Source of the DNA: Kiritimatiellia bacterium
GTDB lineage: Bacteria; Verrucomicrobiota; Kiritimatiellia; RFP12; UBA1067
DNA length: 61,914 nucleotides
Assembly (NCBI GenBank): GCA_045599445.1
Contig: JAZRWB010000030.1
Coordinates: 1 to 61,914, forward strand
Reading direction: 5' to 3'
The notes beneath the pieces are model-generated. The model worked only from the letters and a program-made list of their open reading frames with translations, ran no database searches and was not told where the DNA came from. The position numbers and the translations under genes are program-made. Shown piece by piece: positions 14,912 through 24,851 of the stretch (the first letter of the stretch is position 1; the number at the start of each line of letters is the position of its first letter).

Positions 14912-17596
14912 TCAATGGGCGTCCAGCCAATTGTCGCCGACGCCAATCCCTACTTCCAGGGGAACGCCGAAGTCGTACGCCGTCGTCATTTCCCTTTGGA
15001 CGATTTCCTTCACCTTTTCGACCTCGTCCTTCGGAACGTCGAAAACGAGTTCGTCGTGAATCTGCAAAACCATCTTCGCGCTCAAGCCCTCCGCCTTGAG
15101 CGCACGATCGACTCGCACCATCGCGAGCTTTATTAGATCGGCGGCGCTACCTTGGATCGGCGTATTGATTGCGTCGCGCTCCGCCGCTTGCCTTGCGGTC
15201 GCGTTCGCCGAATTGATGTCGCGCAAGGTGCGCCGGCGTCCGAGCACCGTCTCCGCGTAGCCCTTCGCACGCGCCCTTTCGATCGCCGAATTCATGAACG
15301 CGCGCACCTTCGGATAGAGTTTGAAATAAACGTCGATAAGCTCCGCCGCCTCCTTGCGCGGAATCTTGAGCCGCTCCGCGAGCCCGAAGGCGCTGATTCC
15401 GTAGATAATCCCGAAGTTGACCATCTTGCACTTGGAACGTTGCTCGGTCGTGACGAGCGGCGGCATCACCCCAAACACCCTACTCGCCGTGTCGCGATGG
15501 ATGTCCGCGCCGCTCGCGAACGCCTCGAGCATCGCCTCGTCGCCGCTCATCGCCGCCATCAGCCGAAGCTCGATTTGCGAATAGTCGGCGGAAAGGACGA
15601 CGTGACGATCGTCCCGCGCCACAAACGCCTTGCGAATCAGCTTGCCGCGGTCGGTGCGGACGGGAATGTTCTGCAAATTGGGATCGGCCGAGGTAAGTCG
15701 ACCGGTCTCGGCGAAATGCTGGGTATAGGTCGTATGCACCCTGCCCTCGCCGTCGATGAGCGTCGGGAGCTTGTCGACGTAAGTGGATTTCAGCTTCGCG
15801 CAAGCGCGGTATTCGAGAATCGCCGGAATGATCGGGTGAGCGCTCGCGAGCTTGGAAAGCGTCTTTTCGTCGGTAACGAACTGTCCGCGTGCGGTGCGCT
15901 TGCCGCCGGGGAGCGAGAGCTTCTCGAAAAGGAGCTCCCCGAGCTGCTTCGGCGAATCGGCGTTGAAGCCGGGCTCGGCATAGGAGCGGATGGTCTGCAA
16001 GTAGCCGAGAATTTCGCGATCGAGTTCGCGGGCGTATTCTTCGAGCGCGCCGACGTCGATTTTAACGCCCTCGCGCTCCATGTCGAGAAGCACTTTCACG
16101 AGCGGCTCCTCCGCTTCTTCGAGTGCGCGCAGAATCCCCGCGTTTTCGACGAGCGGACGAATGGCGTCTTCGAGCTGCAAGGTGACGTCGGCGTCCTCGG
16201 CGGCGTAGTCGCAAATCTCCTCCGGCGAAAGCGCGGCCATATTGAGCTGTTCCTTGCCGCGTTCCTTCTCGCCGATCAGTCGCTCGATGGGAATCGGGCG
16301 ATACTTCAAATAGCGTTCGGCGAGCGCGTCCATGCCGTGGCGCGACGCCGCGTCCAGGCAGTAGTGGGCGAGCATCGTGTCGTGCGGCGTAGTCGCAAAA
16401 CCGATGCCGTAGCGATGGAGCACGGCGCGGTCGAACTTCACGTTGTGGCCGATTAAGGTCTTTTCGGGATCGGCGAAAAGCGGCCGGAATACGTCGATGA
16501 ATTCGGCGACGACGTACCACGCCTTGCCCTTTTCGGTCGCAAACGAGAATCCGACGAGCTTGCACGAGTGGGCGTCCGTACCGGTCGTTTCCGTATCGAA
16601 GGCGATGCGCTTCGCCCGCATAAGTTCGGCGAGCAAGTCCTTCGCCTCGCCTTCGCTCGCGACGAGCCGATAGTCGTGGGGTGTAGTCGTAATGTCGGCG
16701 AGCTTTTCCTCGCTTTCGACCGTCGCCTCGGCGCCCAGCAATTCGCGCGCCAATCGCGAAAGCTCGAACTTCGCGCAGACCGCGGCGAGCTTTTCGCGAT
16801 CGATGCCGTCTCTGCGGTAGTCCTCCCAATTCGGCGTAAACGGAACGTCCGTGCGAATCGTCGTCAGGAATTTCGAGGTCTTCGCGTCCTCGCGACCGTT
16901 GAAAACCTTCTCGGCGAGCTTGCCTTTGAGCTTGCCGACGTTCTCCAAAATCCCCTCGACGTCGCCAAAGCGCGACAGGAGATCGGCGGCGGTTTTCTCG
17001 CCCACGCCCTTGATGCCGGGGATGTTGTCGGCGGTGTCGCCGGCGAGCGCGAGATAGTCGATCATCTGCTTCGGTTCGCGAAGATGCCAATGCTCGCAAA
17101 CCGCCTTTTCGTCGTAAATCGTCGCCTCGTCGCCAGCGTGGGCGGGGCGGTAGAGTTTTACGTTCGGGCGGACGAGTTGCGCCGCGTCCTTGTCGGGCGT
17201 CGCAAGATACACCTCGAAGCCCGCTTCCGCTCCTTTGACGGCGAGCGTGCCCATTACGTCGTCGGCCTCGAAGTCGTCGACCTTCACGACGGGAAGCTTC
17301 AGCGCCTCGGCGAGCTCGAAGGCGTAGGGAATCGAAGAAGCGAGATCCTCGGGCATTTTCTCGCGTTGCGCCTTGTAGGGCGGATAGGCGCGATGACGGA
17401 AGGTCGGTCCGCCGGGATCCATCGCAAGTACCGCGTATTCTGGACGCTCCTTCTTCAGAATCGACTCCAGCCCGCTCACCAGTCCCAGCAAGGCCGAGGT
17501 GTTGATGCCGCTTTTGGTTATGCGCGGATTTCTGAGGAACACGAAGTGTCCCTTGTAGAGAAACGGCATGAGGTCGATGATGAAAAGCTTACGCAT
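14912..17596 (-). CDS. polA: DNA polymerase I
   Basis: 5'-3' exonuclease (FEADD, GDTADNIPG..GVGEKTA), 3'-5' exonuclease (FDTETT, GHNVKFD, YAAEDAD), polymerase motifs ADYSQIELR, K..NFGIIYG, QIHDEL. Confidence 0.97.
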   Translation of the reverse strand: MRKLFIIDLMPFLYKGHFVFLRNPRITKSGINTSALLGLVSGLESILKKERPEYAVLAMDPGGPTFRHRAYPPYKAQREKMPEDLASSIPYAFELAEALKLPVVKVDDFEADDVMGTLAVKGAEAGFEVYLATPDKDAAQLVRPNVKLYRPAHAGDEATIYDEKAVCEHWHLREPKQMIDYLALAGDTADNIPGIKGVGEKTAADLLSRFGDVEGILENVGKLKGKLAEKVFNGREDAKTSKFLTTIRTDVPFTPNWEDYRRDGIDREKLAAVCAKFELSRLARELLGAEATVESEEKLADITTTPHDYRLVASEGEAKDLLAELMRAKRIAFDTETTGTDAHSCKLVGFSFATEKGKAWYVVAEFIDVFRPLFADPEKTLIGHNVKFDRAVLHRYGIGFATTPHDTMLAHYCLDAASRHGMDALAERYLKYRPIPIERLIGEKERGKEQLNMAALSPEEICDYAAEDADVTLQLEDAIRPLVENAGILRALEEAEEPLVKVLLDMEREGVKIDVGALEEYARELDREILGYLQTIRSYAEPGFNADSPKQLGELLFEKLSLPGGKRTARGQFVTDEKTLSKLASAHPIIPAILEYRACAKLKSTYVDKLPTLIDGEGRVHTTYTQHFAETGRLTSADPNLQNIPVRTDRGKLIRKAFVARDDRHVVLSADYSQIELRLMAAMSGDEAMLEAFASGADIHRDTASRVFGVMPPLVTTEQRSKCKMVNFGIIYGISAFGLAERLKIPRKEAAELIDVYFKLYPKVRAFMNSAIERARAKGYAETVLGRRRTLRDINSANATARQAAERDAINTPIQGSAADLIKLAMVRVDRALKAEGLSAKMVLQIHDELVFDVPKDEVEKVKEIVQREMTTAYDFGVPLEVGIGVGDNWLDAH

Positions 17597-18050
17597 ACTT
17601 TAGCGCCCACTTGCGCTTCAGGAACTTCGCCGCCTCCCGCTTCGCCGCCTTGAGGTCGTGCAGACGATAGTTTCCGCAACACTCCGCCTTCGCGCCGGGA
17701 ATTTCGCCCTTGAACGCGGCCTGATAACGGAAGGCGGCGCGCAGTAGCGCCGTAACCGCGCTCGGCCTCACCGCCTCGCGCGTGAAGGTAATGAAATAAA
17801 ACCCCGTAAGGCAGCCCATCGGTCCCCAATAGACGACATGGTCGCGAAACGCGGAGGATCTAAGATAAGTCGCGACCACGTGCTCAATGGTGTGCGCCGC
17901 CTTCACCGGCAGCGCCACCTCGCGATTCGGACGCTTCATCCGCACGTCGAAAGTCGTGATGTAGCCGCCCGCGACCTTGTCCCGTCGACTGACGTAGACT
18001 CCGGAATCGAGGCGAGTGTGATCGACTTGGAAAGACGCTATCAGTTCCAC
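17589..18050 (-). CDS. luxS: S-ribosylhomocysteine lyase
   Basis: SFQVDH, FDVRM..PN, HTIEH, GPMGCLTGFY, CGNY..H. Confidence 0.95.
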   Translation of the reverse strand: MELIASFQVDHTRLDSGVYVSRRDKVAGGYITTFDVRMKRPNREVALPVKAAHTIEHVVATYLRSSAFRDHVVYWGPMGCLTGFYFITFTREAVRPSAVTALLRAAFRYQAAFKGEIPGAKAECCGNYRLHDLKAAKREAAKFLKRKWALKYA

Positions 18051-21000
18051 GGTTTCGGCTCCTTGGGAGTGAGGTAGATTTTGGGATCCGGCCTAAACGA
18101 GGTATCGGACTGCGGTGCGACCTTTTCGAGCTCGGAGAGAAAGGAAAGCGTCACCCCGACGCGGAACTTCGCGCCGAGATCGACGTCGAGGACGCGTCCG
18201 TCAGGATAGTGAAGCTCGATGATTACCGGCAGCTTTCCGGGATTGCGCAAAATCGACTCGCGAATCGCATCGACCTTCTTCTTGATTTCGGGATCCTCGT
18301 AACGCATCTTGATCCGAAGCCCCTTCGAAACGAGCGGAAGCGCGTCTTCGAGCGGATACGCCTCCTTGATCGTGAAACTGAGGTCGCCGACTTGCGGATG
18401 TTCGCGATGAACATCTTCGCGCGCGTAGACGACTTTGTGGGCGAGTTCGCCGGAAACGAGAACGAGATTGTCGATTTTCGTCTCCAGCGTCGAGGCGTTT
18501 TCCCACACCTTCGCAAAGGCCGCGCCCTCGCCCCGACCCTTGCCGTCGTCCACCGCGAGAATCGCCCACTTCGGCGCGATGCTGCCGTCGGCGCGCGGCT
18601 TCGGCGTCTTCACGTAGCAGGCGTCGAGAATGCCGACCGCGCGGACGTCGAGTTTCTTCAGAAGAATCTTGTCGATGTTCTTCTTGAGGCGCGGCTTTTC
18701 CTTCGCCACCGCCTTGTCCAACGCGACCTTGTCGTTCCAGCCGACCTCGCCCTTCGCGCGCACGACCGCGCGAGCGAGCGCCTTGAGCGGCCAATCCTTC
18801 TCGTCCGATTCCTTGAGCAGCTCTTCAATCGAGTTTTCCTTGGGCTCGTCGGTTTTCTCCTCGGCTTCGCCGTCTTCCGGCGTTTCCTCCTTGGTCTCCT
18901 GCCGCCGTTCGATCATCGCCATCGAGAACGGTCGGTTCTCCGCGTCCTTCTTGTCCACGCGAACGACCGAAAGTTCGTTCAAAAGCTTGCGACACGCCGA
19001 AAGCGGATCGCCGGAAATGTAAACCCCCAGCATATCCCGCTCGTTCTTGAGATCCTCGGCCGGAGCGAACGCGGGGAAGTCGGCAAGCGAGCCGTCGTCG
19101 CATTTCGTCTCGGCGCCCTCCATGAGGTCGAAGAAGCTCGTTTGGGCGCTCATGCGCTCCTTCGCCCGTTCTTGCGCCGCCTTGAGGACGAAGTCGATGT
19201 TGTTGAAGAGCTTCGAGCGATTGGGCTCGAGCGTCGAGAACGCGCCGACGCGCGTCAGGTTTTCCAAAACGCGCCGATTGACGACGTTCAGCCCCGCAAG
19301 CCGCATCGTAAAATCCATAAAGCCCTTGTAAGGGCCGTTCGCCTCGCGCTCGGCGACGATTGCCTCCGCCGCCGCTCCGCCCACGCCCTTGATGCCGGCG
19401 AGCCCGTAGCGAATGCCCTTCGAATCGGCGGTGGGGACGAAGCGAGCGCCCGACTCGTTCACGTCGGGAAGGAGCAATTCAAGCCCGATTTCCTTCGCCT
19501 CGGCGACGAAGCCGGGGAGTTTGTCGAAGTTGCCGATTTCCGAGGATATCTGGGCGCACATGAATTCGGCGGGGTAGTGCGCCTTCAAATACCCGGTCTG
19601 ATAGGCTATCCAGGCGTAGCAAACGGCGTGGGATTTGTTGAAGGCGTACGACGCGAAGGCCTCCCAGTCGGTCCAGATCTTCTCGACGAGCTTCTTCGCC
19701 TCGGCCTCGTCCTTCCACTTCTCGACGCGGAACTCCGGATTTTTAAGACATCCTTCCTCGAACTTCGCCTTGAGCTCGTTCATGATGTCCATCAGCTTCT
19801 TGCCCATCGCCTTGCGGAGCTTGTCGGATTCGCCGCGAGTGAAGCCCGCGAGCAGTCGCGACAGCAACATCACCTGTTCCTGATAGACCGTAACCCCGTA
19901 GGTGTCCTTAAGGTACTTCTCCATCAACGGGTGGTCGTAGCTGATCGCCTCGTCACCCTGCTTGCGGGCGACGAAGTGCGGAATGTACTCCATCGGTCCC
20001 GGGCGATAAAGCGCGTTCATCGCGACGAGATCGGTAAGCCGCTCGGGTTGGAGCGCGATGAGCCACTTCTTCATCCCGTCGGATTCGAACTGAAACAATC
20101 CCGTCGTCTCCCCGCGTCCGAAAAGCTTGTAGGTCTCGGCGTCGTCGTCGGGGATCTTGTCGGGATCGAGCATTCCGTCCGCGCCCCAAAGCGCCTTCGG
20201 AACTCGCGGATTGTTCGCACCGAGAAGCGAGACGCATTCCTTCTCCACGGTCAGCGTCTTTAGTCCCAGAAAATCCATCTTCAAAAGCCCCACCGGCTCC
20301 ACGAAGTGTCCGTCGTACTGGGTGGTGAGCAGGCGATCCTTCTTTTCCTCCTCCGCGCCCTTCGCCTTCTTCGCGCCGCCCTTCTCCGGCGTCGGCATGA
20401 CCGGCAGCGTCTCGATCAGCGGGTCGCGCGAAATGATGATGCCGCAGGCGTGGACGCCCGGCTGACGGATGGATCCTTCGAGATGCAACGCCCGATCCAT
20501 GAGCTTGTGGACGACCGGATCCTCGCTTTCGATCGCCGCTTCCAAGTCCGGCGACTGCGCGCGAGCGGTCTTGAAGTCGATCTTCGGCGTCTCCGGCACG
20601 TAGGAGGCGAGCTTGTTGGTTTCGGACAGCGGATACTTCATTACCCGCCCTACGTCCTTAATGGCGCTTTTGGCGGCCATCTGCCCGAAGGTGACGATGT
20701 GGGCGACGTGATCGGCGCCGTATTTTTCGGTCACGTAATCGATTACGCTTTCACGCCCCGAGTCGTCGAAATCGACGTCGATATCGGGCATCGAAATGCG
20801 GTCGGGATTGAGGAAGCGCTCGAAGAGGAGATCGTATTTAAGCGGATCGACGTTGGTGATGCCGAGCGAATAGGCGACCGCGCTTCCCGCCGCGCTACCG
20901 CGACCCGGCCCCACCCATACGCCCATTTCCCGCGCCGCGCGGATGTAGTCCCAGACGATGAGGAAGTAACCGGGAAAGCCCATGCGATGGATGGTATCGA

Positions 21001-22051
21001 GCTCGAACTGGACGCGCTCGACCGTTTCCTTCGGAAGCTCCTCGCCCCAGCGCCGACGCGCGCCCTTCCAGACGAGATCGTCCAAATAGTCGTCTTCGCT
21101 CTTGAACTCCGGCGGAATCGGAACCTTCGGCATGATCGGCTTCGAGTCGAGTTCGTACTCCTCGATGCGGTCGGCGACTTCGCGGGTGTTGGTGATGAGC
21201 TCGGGATTCTCCTTGAACAACTCCTTCATCGCCGCTTCGTCCTTGAACCATTCCTCGCCGGTGTAGATCATCCGCTTGGGATCGTCCATCGTCGTACCGG
21301 TGGAGAGCGCCAAGAGCGCGTCGTGGGAATCGTCGTCGGTCTTTTCGAGGAAGTGAACGTCGTTGGTCGCGATAACCCGAATTCCCAGCTTCCGTCCTAT
21401 TTCCAGCGAACCTTTCAGTACTTTGAGCTGGCTTTCGTAAAGCTCGGCGAAGTCGCGTTGCGCCTCCAGCGGAATCTCGGGGCCGCTCTTCGTCGATTTG
21501 TGGAGCATCACCTCGAGCGAATAGTCGTCGCCGAAAAGCTCCTTGTACCACTTGGCGATTTTCTCCGCCTCTTCCATGTTCCCGCGCCGAATCGCGTCGG
21601 GAACTTCGCCGGCGACGCACGCCGCCGAACAATGAAGCCCTTCGTGGTATTTTACGAGCAAGTCGTGGTCGATTCGGGCGTTGTGGTAAAAGCCGTGGAT
21701 GTGCGCCTCGCTCATCAACTTCACCAGGTTGTGGTAGCCGACGAGGTTTTTCGCGTGCAGGCAAAGGTGATGGCGACGTTCGGTCTTTTCGCGACTCAGG
21801 TGGTCGCCCGTAGAAGTAACGTACGCCTCCACGCCGAGAATCGGCTTGATCGGCTGAACCGAAGAGAACTTCTTCTTCGTCGTGCGGCAGGCGTCGTAGA
21901 ACGCCTTGAGCGCGAAGAGATTGCCGTGGTCAGTAACCGCGATCGCGGGCATTCCCCGCTTGCGCGCCTCGAAGACGAGGGGGTTGATCTGACATTGCCC
22001 ATCCAGCAGGGAATAAGTCGTGTGCAGGTGCAGATGGACGAAGTCGGACAT
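18041..22051 (-). CDS. dnaE: DNA polymerase III alpha subunit
   Basis: FVHLHLHT.YSLLDG (PHP domain), GPGRGSAAGS, FERFLNPDRISMPDIDVDF, KMDFLGL, YAFNKSH. Confidence 0.97.
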   Translation of the reverse strand: MSDFVHLHLHTTYSLLDGQCQINPLVFEARKRGMPAIAVTDHGNLFALKAFYDACRTTKKKFSSVQPIKPILGVEAYVTSTGDHLSREKTERRHHLCLHAKNLVGYHNLVKLMSEAHIHGFYHNARIDHDLLVKYHEGLHCSAACVAGEVPDAIRRGNMEEAEKIAKWYKELFGDDYSLEVMLHKSTKSGPEIPLEAQRDFAELYESQLKVLKGSLEIGRKLGIRVIATNDVHFLEKTDDDSHDALLALSTGTTMDDPKRMIYTGEEWFKDEAAMKELFKENPELITNTREVADRIEEYELDSKPIMPKVPIPPEFKSEDDYLDDLVWKGARRRWGEELPKETVERVQFELDTIHRMGFPGYFLIVWDYIRAAREMGVWVGPGRGSAAGSAVAYSLGITNVDPLKYDLLFERFLNPDRISMPDIDVDFDDSGRESVIDYVTEKYGADHVAHIVTFGQMAAKSAIKDVGRVMKYPLSETNKLASYVPETPKIDFKTARAQSPDLEAAIESEDPVVHKLMDRALHLEGSIRQPGVHACGIIISRDPLIETLPVMPTPEKGGAKKAKGAEEEKKDRLLTTQYDGHFVEPVGLLKMDFLGLKTLTVEKECVSLLGANNPRVPKALWGADGMLDPDKIPDDDAETYKLFGRGETTGLFQFESDGMKKWLIALQPERLTDLVAMNALYRPGPMEYIPHFVARKQGDEAISYDHPLMEKYLKDTYGVTVYQEQVMLLSRLLAGFTRGESDKLRKAMGKKLMDIMNELKAKFEEGCLKNPEFRVEKWKDEAEAKKLVEKIWTDWEAFASYAFNKSHAVCYAWIAYQTGYLKAHYPAEFMCAQISSEIGNFDKLPGFVAEAKEIGLELLLPDVNESGARFVPTADSKGIRYGLAGIKGVGGAAAEAIVAEREANGPYKGFMDFTMRLAGLNVVNRRVLENLTRVGAFSTLEPNRSKLFNNIDFVLKAAQERAKERMSAQTSFFDLMEGAETKCDDGSLADFPAFAPAEDLKNERDMLGVYISGDPLSACRKLLNELSVVRVDKKDAENRPFSMAMIERRQETKEETPEDGEAEEKTDEPKENSIEELLKESDEKDWPLKALARAVVRAKGEVGWNDKVALDKAVAKEKPRLKKNIDKILLKKLDVRAVGILDACYVKTPKPRADGSIAPKWAILAVDDGKGRGEGAAFAKVWENASTLETKIDNLVLVSGELAHKVVYAREDVHREHPQVGDLSFTIKEAYPLEDALPLVSKGLRIKMRYEDPEIKKKVDAIRESILRNPGKLPVIIELHYPDGRVLDVDLGAKFRVGVTLSFLSELEKVAPQSDTSFRPDPKIYLTPKEPKPWN

Positions 22052-22060
22052 ATCGCCGCT

Positions 22061-23254
22061 TTAGAGGACTTTCTTCAGCCGCTCGATCGCCTCGAGAACG
22101 TTCGCGCGCGAATTGAAGGCGCTGATGCGAATATATCCCTCGCCCGCCTTGCCGAAACCGGCGCCGGGGGTGGTGACGACGTTCGCCTCGCCGAGCAGCT
22201 TGTCGAAGAACTTCCAGCTGTCCATCTTCACGTTGACCCAGATGTACGGCGAATCCACGCCGCCCGCCGCCTCGTAACCGAGCGAAACGAGCGCTTCGCG
22301 AACAAGCCGCGCATTTTCGAGATAGAAGTCGATCGTCGCGGTCGTCTCCTTGCGGCCCTCGGGCGAATAGATCGCCTCCGCGCCGCGCTGGGTTATGTAG
22401 GAGGCGCCGTTGAATTTAGTCGTCTGGCGACGCGTCCACATCGGCTTCAAGGGAACCGTCGAACCGTCGGCGTTGTAGGCGACGAGTTCCGACGGCACGA
22501 CCGTATATCCGCAGCGAATGCCGGTGAAGCCCGCGGTCTTGGAATAGCTGCGGAATTCGATTGCGCAGGTGCGCGCGCCCTTGCACTCGTAGATGGAATG
22601 CGGAATTCCCGGCGTGCGGATGAACGCTTCGTAGGCGGCGTCGAAGAGAATCAGGTGCTTGCCGGCGTTCGCCCAATCCACCCACTTCTGCAACTCGGCG
22701 AGCGTGGCGACCGCCCCGGTCGGATTATTGGGATAGCAAAGATAGACGACGTCGGCGTCGCATCCCTCGGGCCCCGGCACAAAGCCGTTTTCCGCCGTGC
22801 AGGGAAGTAGCGCGATATTTCCGCGCCCAGCCATCAAATTGGTATCGACGTAGACCGGATAGACCGGATCGCCGACCGCGATTTTGACGTCGTCCGCGAA
22901 AAGTTCCTGGATATTTCCGCAGTCGCACTTCGCGCCGTCCGAGACGAGGATTTCGTCGCTCTTGACGTCGATGCCGCGAGACTTGAAGTCGAACTCGGCG
23001 ATCTTGTCGCGTAAAAAGGCGTAGCCCTGCTCGGGTCCGTAGCCGTGGAACTCGCCCTTGCCGCCTTCGTCGTCCACCGCCTTGTGCATCGCCGCAATTA
23101 CGCTCGGCGCGAGCGGCTCGGTGACATCGCCGATTCCGAGGCGGATGATCTTCGACTCCGGATGCGCCGATTGATGCGCGCTTACGCGATGGGCGATCTC
23201 CGCGAAGAGATACGTGGGCTTGATTTTGGCGTAGTTTTCGTTTACATGCAGCAT
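22061..23254 (-). CDS. dapL: LL-diaminopimelate aminotransferase
   Basis: YLFAEI, LGIGDVT, GYGPEQGY, SDGAKCD, DPVYPVY, PNNPTG, DAAYE, SKTAGFTG.RCG. Start trimmed to MLHVNENY. Confidence 0.95.
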   Translation of the reverse strand: MLHVNENYAKIKPTYLFAEIAHRVSAHQSAHPESKIIRLGIGDVTEPLAPSVIAAMHKAVDDEGGKGEFHGYGPEQGYAFLRDKIAEFDFKSRGIDVKSDEILVSDGAKCDCGNIQELFADDVKIAVGDPVYPVYVDTNLMAGRGNIALLPCTAENGFVPGPEGCDADVVYLCYPNNPTGAVATLAELQKWVDWANAGKHLILFDAAYEAFIRTPGIPHSIYECKGARTCAIEFRSYSKTAGFTGIRCGYTVVPSELVAYNADGSTVPLKPMWTRRQTTKFNGASYITQRGAEAIYSPEGRKETTATIDFYLENARLVREALVSLGYEAAGGVDSPYIWVNVKMDSWKFFDKLLGEANVVTTPGAGFGKAGEGYIRISAFNSRANVLEAIERLKKVL

Positions 23255-23255
23255 C

Positions 23256-24851
23256 TTATTTCTCCTCCGTTGTCGAGGTCTCGACCTTGGTTTCTTCGCC
23301 TTCACCGGCCATCGCCTCGGATTCGTGATTGTGATTAAGCCGCGGCAAAAAGCCGGGAAGCGTCGCCAAGAGGACGAAGAACAAGGTCAACACCGCCAAC
23401 GACCTGAGCGGACAGTCTCCGAAGCCGTGAATAAACGTGGCCACCAGCGTCATGAGAATGCAAAACGCCGGCGCCGGCAAGACGAAAAGCTGCACCGGTT
23501 TGGGCGGCAGTTCCGACTTCTTGACGAAACGTATCTGCCGTACGAGTCGACGCCAAACCTTCCCCACGGGAATCATCAACATAATCACAATCGCGACCAA
23601 CGCGCCGAAGCCGACTACGCCGTGCTCCGCCAGGAACTGCAAATAGTCGTTGTGGACGTTGACGCCACCGACCATCTGCAGCTCCTTGCGAACATCCTCC
23701 GGCGTGCTGGTTTCCAACATCTTCGGAATGCACAAATGCTTGTAACCCCAACCGCCGCAACCGAAAAGGAAGTTGTCTCGCCAAATCGCCGTCGCCACCC
23801 GGACGTGATACTGTCCCTTCCCGGTGACACGAGTAAGCACCACGTCGGGGTTGAGCGTGTCGACCTCCCGCTGCATCCGCTCGGGAATCGAAATGGACGC
23901 GAAAAACACGACTAACGCGGCAATCGCAAGGCAAATGCCGCCTCGTCTTACCCGTTCAACCCGACGAAGCCGGTGGGTAAAGGAGAAGAACGAATGCAGG
24001 AAATAAACCACCAACAGCACATTCACCAAGATAATCGCCGCGCGCGAAAGCGTGTTCAACGCCGCGAAATAGAAAATCGCCGCCGGAATAAGATAGAGAT
24101 TCTTCATCCAAAACAGCTTGTGCGCGGACTTCTTGATCACATTGCCGCTGCGATGGCGATAAGTCTCGACCACTTCGTCGTGGCGCAGCCGCCACATCGC
24201 GACGGCCATTCCGAAGAGCGTGGTAAAATAATCTCCCGCCATATTCGGATACCAGAACGTGGAAAAGAACTCCGCCGTATCGCCGTTCTCCATCGGCGTC
24301 CAAAACACGCCCTCGGCGCCAGTGGCGATTTGCAAAAAGCCGAGAATCGCCAACGCAAAGCCGTTCCAGACGATTATCTCGACCATCAGCCGCTTGCCGG
24401 AGCCGGTAAGACAGTGGCGAGTGGCGATCATTGCCGATAGCGCAACGACGAACCACAAGAATACGTTGAGATGATTGGTTCGATCGAGGCAATACGGCAG
24501 GAACTTTATCGGCGGCTCGGGGTCGATTCCGGTTTGGACGATAAGCTCCCGGTAGCAGCTTTGGCAATAGCCGTTATTCGTAAAAGGGACTGCGAGCAAT
24601 AGCAAAAATCCCAACGCCGTCCACACCACCGGATCGCGCTTCATCGCGCTCCACGCCCTGGCTCGAGCCTCGTATGTCGACTCCCCCTCGTGCTTCTGCG
24701 GAAATATGAGTATGACTTCGAGCATGAAAATCATCGCCCACGGCACCACCCGCTCCAAAATCGGAGCTTGCATTCCGCCAAGCAACCACGCCATCAGCGA
24801 CGCCATCGTCGCCACGCATATTGCGGCCAGATTATTGCAGAGAAATTGCAT
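23256..24851 (-). CDS. O-antigen ligase-family membrane protein
   Basis: Multiple TM segments, F.YPN, LSRAA, FGCGGWGY, HNDYLQFLAEHG. Confidence 0.8.
   Translation of the reverse strand: MQFLCNNLAAICVATMASLMAWLLGGMQAPILERVVPWAMIFMLEVILIFPQKHEGESTYEARARAWSAMKRDPVVWTALGFLLLLAVPFTNNGYCQSCYRELIVQTGIDPEPPIKFLPYCLDRTNHLNVFLWFVVALSAMIATRHCLTGSGKRLMVEIIVWNGFALAILGFLQIATGAEGVFWTPMENGDTAEFFSTFWYPNMAGDYFTTLFGMAVAMWRLRHDEVVETYRHRSGNVIKKSAHKLFWMKNLYLIPAAIFYFAALNTLSRAAIILVNVLLVVYFLHSFFSFTHRLRRVERVRRGGICLAIAALVVFFASISIPERMQREVDTLNPDVVLTRVTGKGQYHVRVATAIWRDNFLFGCGGWGYKHLCIPKMLETSTPEDVRKELQMVGGVNVHNDYLQFLAEHGVVGFGALVAIVIMLMIPVGKVWRRLVRQIRFVKKSELPPKPVQLFVLPAPAFCILMTLVATFIHGFGDCPLRSLAVLTLFFVLLATLPGFLPRLNHNHESEAMAGEGEETKVETSTTEEK

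Noticed and set aside
11484-18050. luxS plus FGGY kinase and aldolase as an AI-2 (Lsr-like) catabolic system
   Set aside because: The kinase has RhaB/FucK motifs, the aldolase is class II (LsrF is class I), FucO fits deoxyhexose use, and polA plus a separate promoter intervene.
18650-18970. Intein in DnaE
   Set aside because: No Cys/Ser start, His-Asn end or homing-endonuclease motifs.
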